Notes under the pieces: model-generated
Databases searched by the model: none
Told to the model about the DNA's origin: nothing
The model's input: only the letters and a program-made list of their open reading frames with translations
Made by a program: the position numbers and the translations under genes
Shown: positions 35,419 through 36,627 of the stretch, piece by piece
How the letters are laid out: each line of letters opens with the position of its first letter
How positions within the stretch are numbered: position 1 is the stretch's first letter
Assembly: GCA_964598515.1 (NCBI GenBank)
Contig: CAZRBZ010000001.1
Location: 1-36,627, forward strand
DNA length: 36,627 nt
Source: Candidatus Woesearchaeota archaeon
GTDB lineage: Archaea; Nanobdellota; Nanobdellia; Pacearchaeales; GW2011-AR1
Reading direction: 5' to 3'

Positions 35419-36519
35419 ATGGCAAATAAAAAAATTAATTCAGAGGATTTATTTTCTTCAGTTTCTGATTCAGTTATTGAAGGAAAAAAGTTTGAAAAGG
35501 ATTTTGTTAATGTTTTGAAGATGGTTGCTCCTGGAACAAGTCTTAGAATTGCATTAGATGATTTGCTTAGAGCTAAAATGGGTGCATTGATTGTTTTTGA
35601 TAATGGTAATATTAATCCCCTTGCAGAAGGAGGGTTTAAAATCAATTCTAAATTTAGTTCTCAAAAATTAGTTGAATTATGTAAAATGGATGGGGCTATT
35701 CTTGTTTCTTATGATGCTAAAGATATTCTTTCTGCAAATACTTTGTTGGTTCCAGATAGTTCTATTTTTACTAAAGAAACTGGAACAAGGCATAAAGCTG
35801 CGGAGAGAACTGCTAATCAAGCAAATACAATTGCTATTGCTGTTTCTGAGAGAAAGAATAAAATTTCACTTTATTATGGAAAAACTTATTACCAATTGGA
35901 AAGAAGTTCTGAAATTTTAAGACGAGCTTCTGAAACTCTTCAAATTTTGGAAAAGCAAAGAGATGTTTTTGACGAATTTTTGGAAAATTTAAATTCTTTG
36001 GAATTACAACGTATTTCTACAATCAATGATGTTTGTTCTGTTTTGCAAAGAGCGGAAATCATTAAAAGAGTTGAAGCGATTGTTCAAAGATATTTGATTG
36101 AATTGGGGCGTGAAGGAATGATTGTTCGTATGAGATTAAAAGAATTAATGGGTACTTTAGAGAAAGAAGAAGAGTTAGTTTTAAAAGATTATTTTGGTTC
36201 TAATCATTCTAATTCTTTAGATATTTTGGAAAAAATGGATTTTGATTTTTTATTGGAGCCTTTGAATATTTCTAGAATATTATTTGAAGAGTTGCATGAT
36301 AAATCTGTTTCTCCCAAAGGTATGAGACTTTTAGGTAAAACTAATCTTTTAGAGAGATATGTGGATTTATTGATTGGGAATTTTGAGAATTTTAATGATA
36401 TTCTTTCTGCTAAGAATGAGAAATTGTTGGAAGTTTTGGAAAGTGAGGCAATGGTTAGTTTTTTTAGAGAGGAAATTTATAATTTGAAGGAGAAGGTTAG
36501 TTTGGGTAGGCGTATTTAA
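35419..36519 (+). CDS. disA: DisA-type diadenylate cyclase (DNA integrity scanning protein-like)
   Basis: DAC-domain motifs GALIVF, MDGAILV and TGTRHKAAER. A helical linker and a C-terminal helix-hairpin-helix-like end. 366 aa, as in bacterial DisA. Confidence 0.85.
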   Translation: MANKKINSEDLFSSVSDSVIEGKKFEKDFVNVLKMVAPGTSLRIALDDLLRAKMGALIVFDNGNINPLAEGGFKINSKFSSQKLVELCKMDGAILVSYDAKDILSANTLLVPDSSIFTKETGTRHKAAERTANQANTIAIAVSERKNKISLYYGKTYYQLERSSEILRRASETLQILEKQRDVFDEFLENLNSLELQRISTINDVCSVLQRAEIIKRVEAIVQRYLIELGREGMIVRMRLKELMGTLEKEEELVLKDYFGSNHSNSLDILEKMDFDFLLEPLNISRILFEELHDKSVSPKGMRLLGKTNLLERYVDLLIGNFENFNDILSAKNEKLLEVLESEAMVSFFREEIYNLKEKVSLGRRI

Positions 36520-36521
36520 TC

Positions 36522-36627
36522 ACCGATAAATCGGATGCTCGCCGACACAGTCGCTTCGCTTAATTCTGAAGAACCGATAAATCGGATGCTCGCCGACACA
36601 GTCGCTTCGCTTAATTCTGAAGAACCG
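36522..36627 (+). repeat. exact 51-bp tandem repeat, more than 2 copies, running off the window end
   Basis: ACCGATAAATCGGATGCTCGCCGACACAGTCGCTTCGCTTAATTCTGAAGA starts at 36522, 36573 and 36624. It begins 3 nt after the disA stop. Confidence 0.9.

Noticed and set aside
36522-36627. CRISPR array at the window end
   Set aside because: The period equals the unit length (51 bp) and the copies are identical throughout. There are no unique spacers, so it is a plain tandem repeat.
1-36627. Bacterial (CPR) origin of the contig, suggested by bacterial-type LeuRS, AlaRS, DisA, LysM and SpoIIM-like genes
   Set aside because: TFB, TFE, eS8, eS17, the Sm-like protein, EndA, deoxyhypusine synthase and BRE/TATA promoters are archaeal hallmarks spread across the whole window. 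The bacterial-type genes are better explained as acquisitions.

Overview
AT-rich (roughly 30% G+C by eye), tightly packed window. The information-processing genes are archaeal: TFB, TFE, ribosomal proteins eS8 and eS17, an Sm-like protein, tRNA-splicing endonuclease EndA, RNase Z and deoxyhypusine synthase. Several genes are bacterial-type: LeuRS, a short AlaRS, DisA, rhomboid, SpoIIM-like, LysM and an NlpC/P60-like module. By inference this mix fits a small-genome DPANN-like archaeon (Pace-/Woesearchaeota-like). I cannot confirm that without database searches. Most promoters look leaderless, with a TATA box about 25 nt upstream of the ATG. The most striking content is at 16-11374. It is a surface-protein cluster ending in a pilin-signal (class III-like) 608-aa protein translationally coupled to a 2,491-aa cysteine-rich giant exoprotein. 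That giant protein carries a C-terminal NlpC/P60-like Cys...His module. A LysM lipoprotein gene converges on it with zero intergenic bases. I read this as a candidate host-cell-wall interaction system. There are four tRNA genes: Leu-UAG, Cys-GCA, Arg-UCU and a CAU tRNA. Three of them sit in odd loci with partial copies of themselves, hairpin-rich inserts, and promoters placed in front of the fragment rather than the intact gene. Other features: a decayed integrated element (frameshifted tyrosine recombinase plus a truncated DUF4352 gene) splitting a polyamine/hypusine gene set; several short repeat families, one with compensatory hairpin changes; and an exact 51-bp tandem repeat running off the 3' end of the window. 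No CRISPR array or rRNA was seen.
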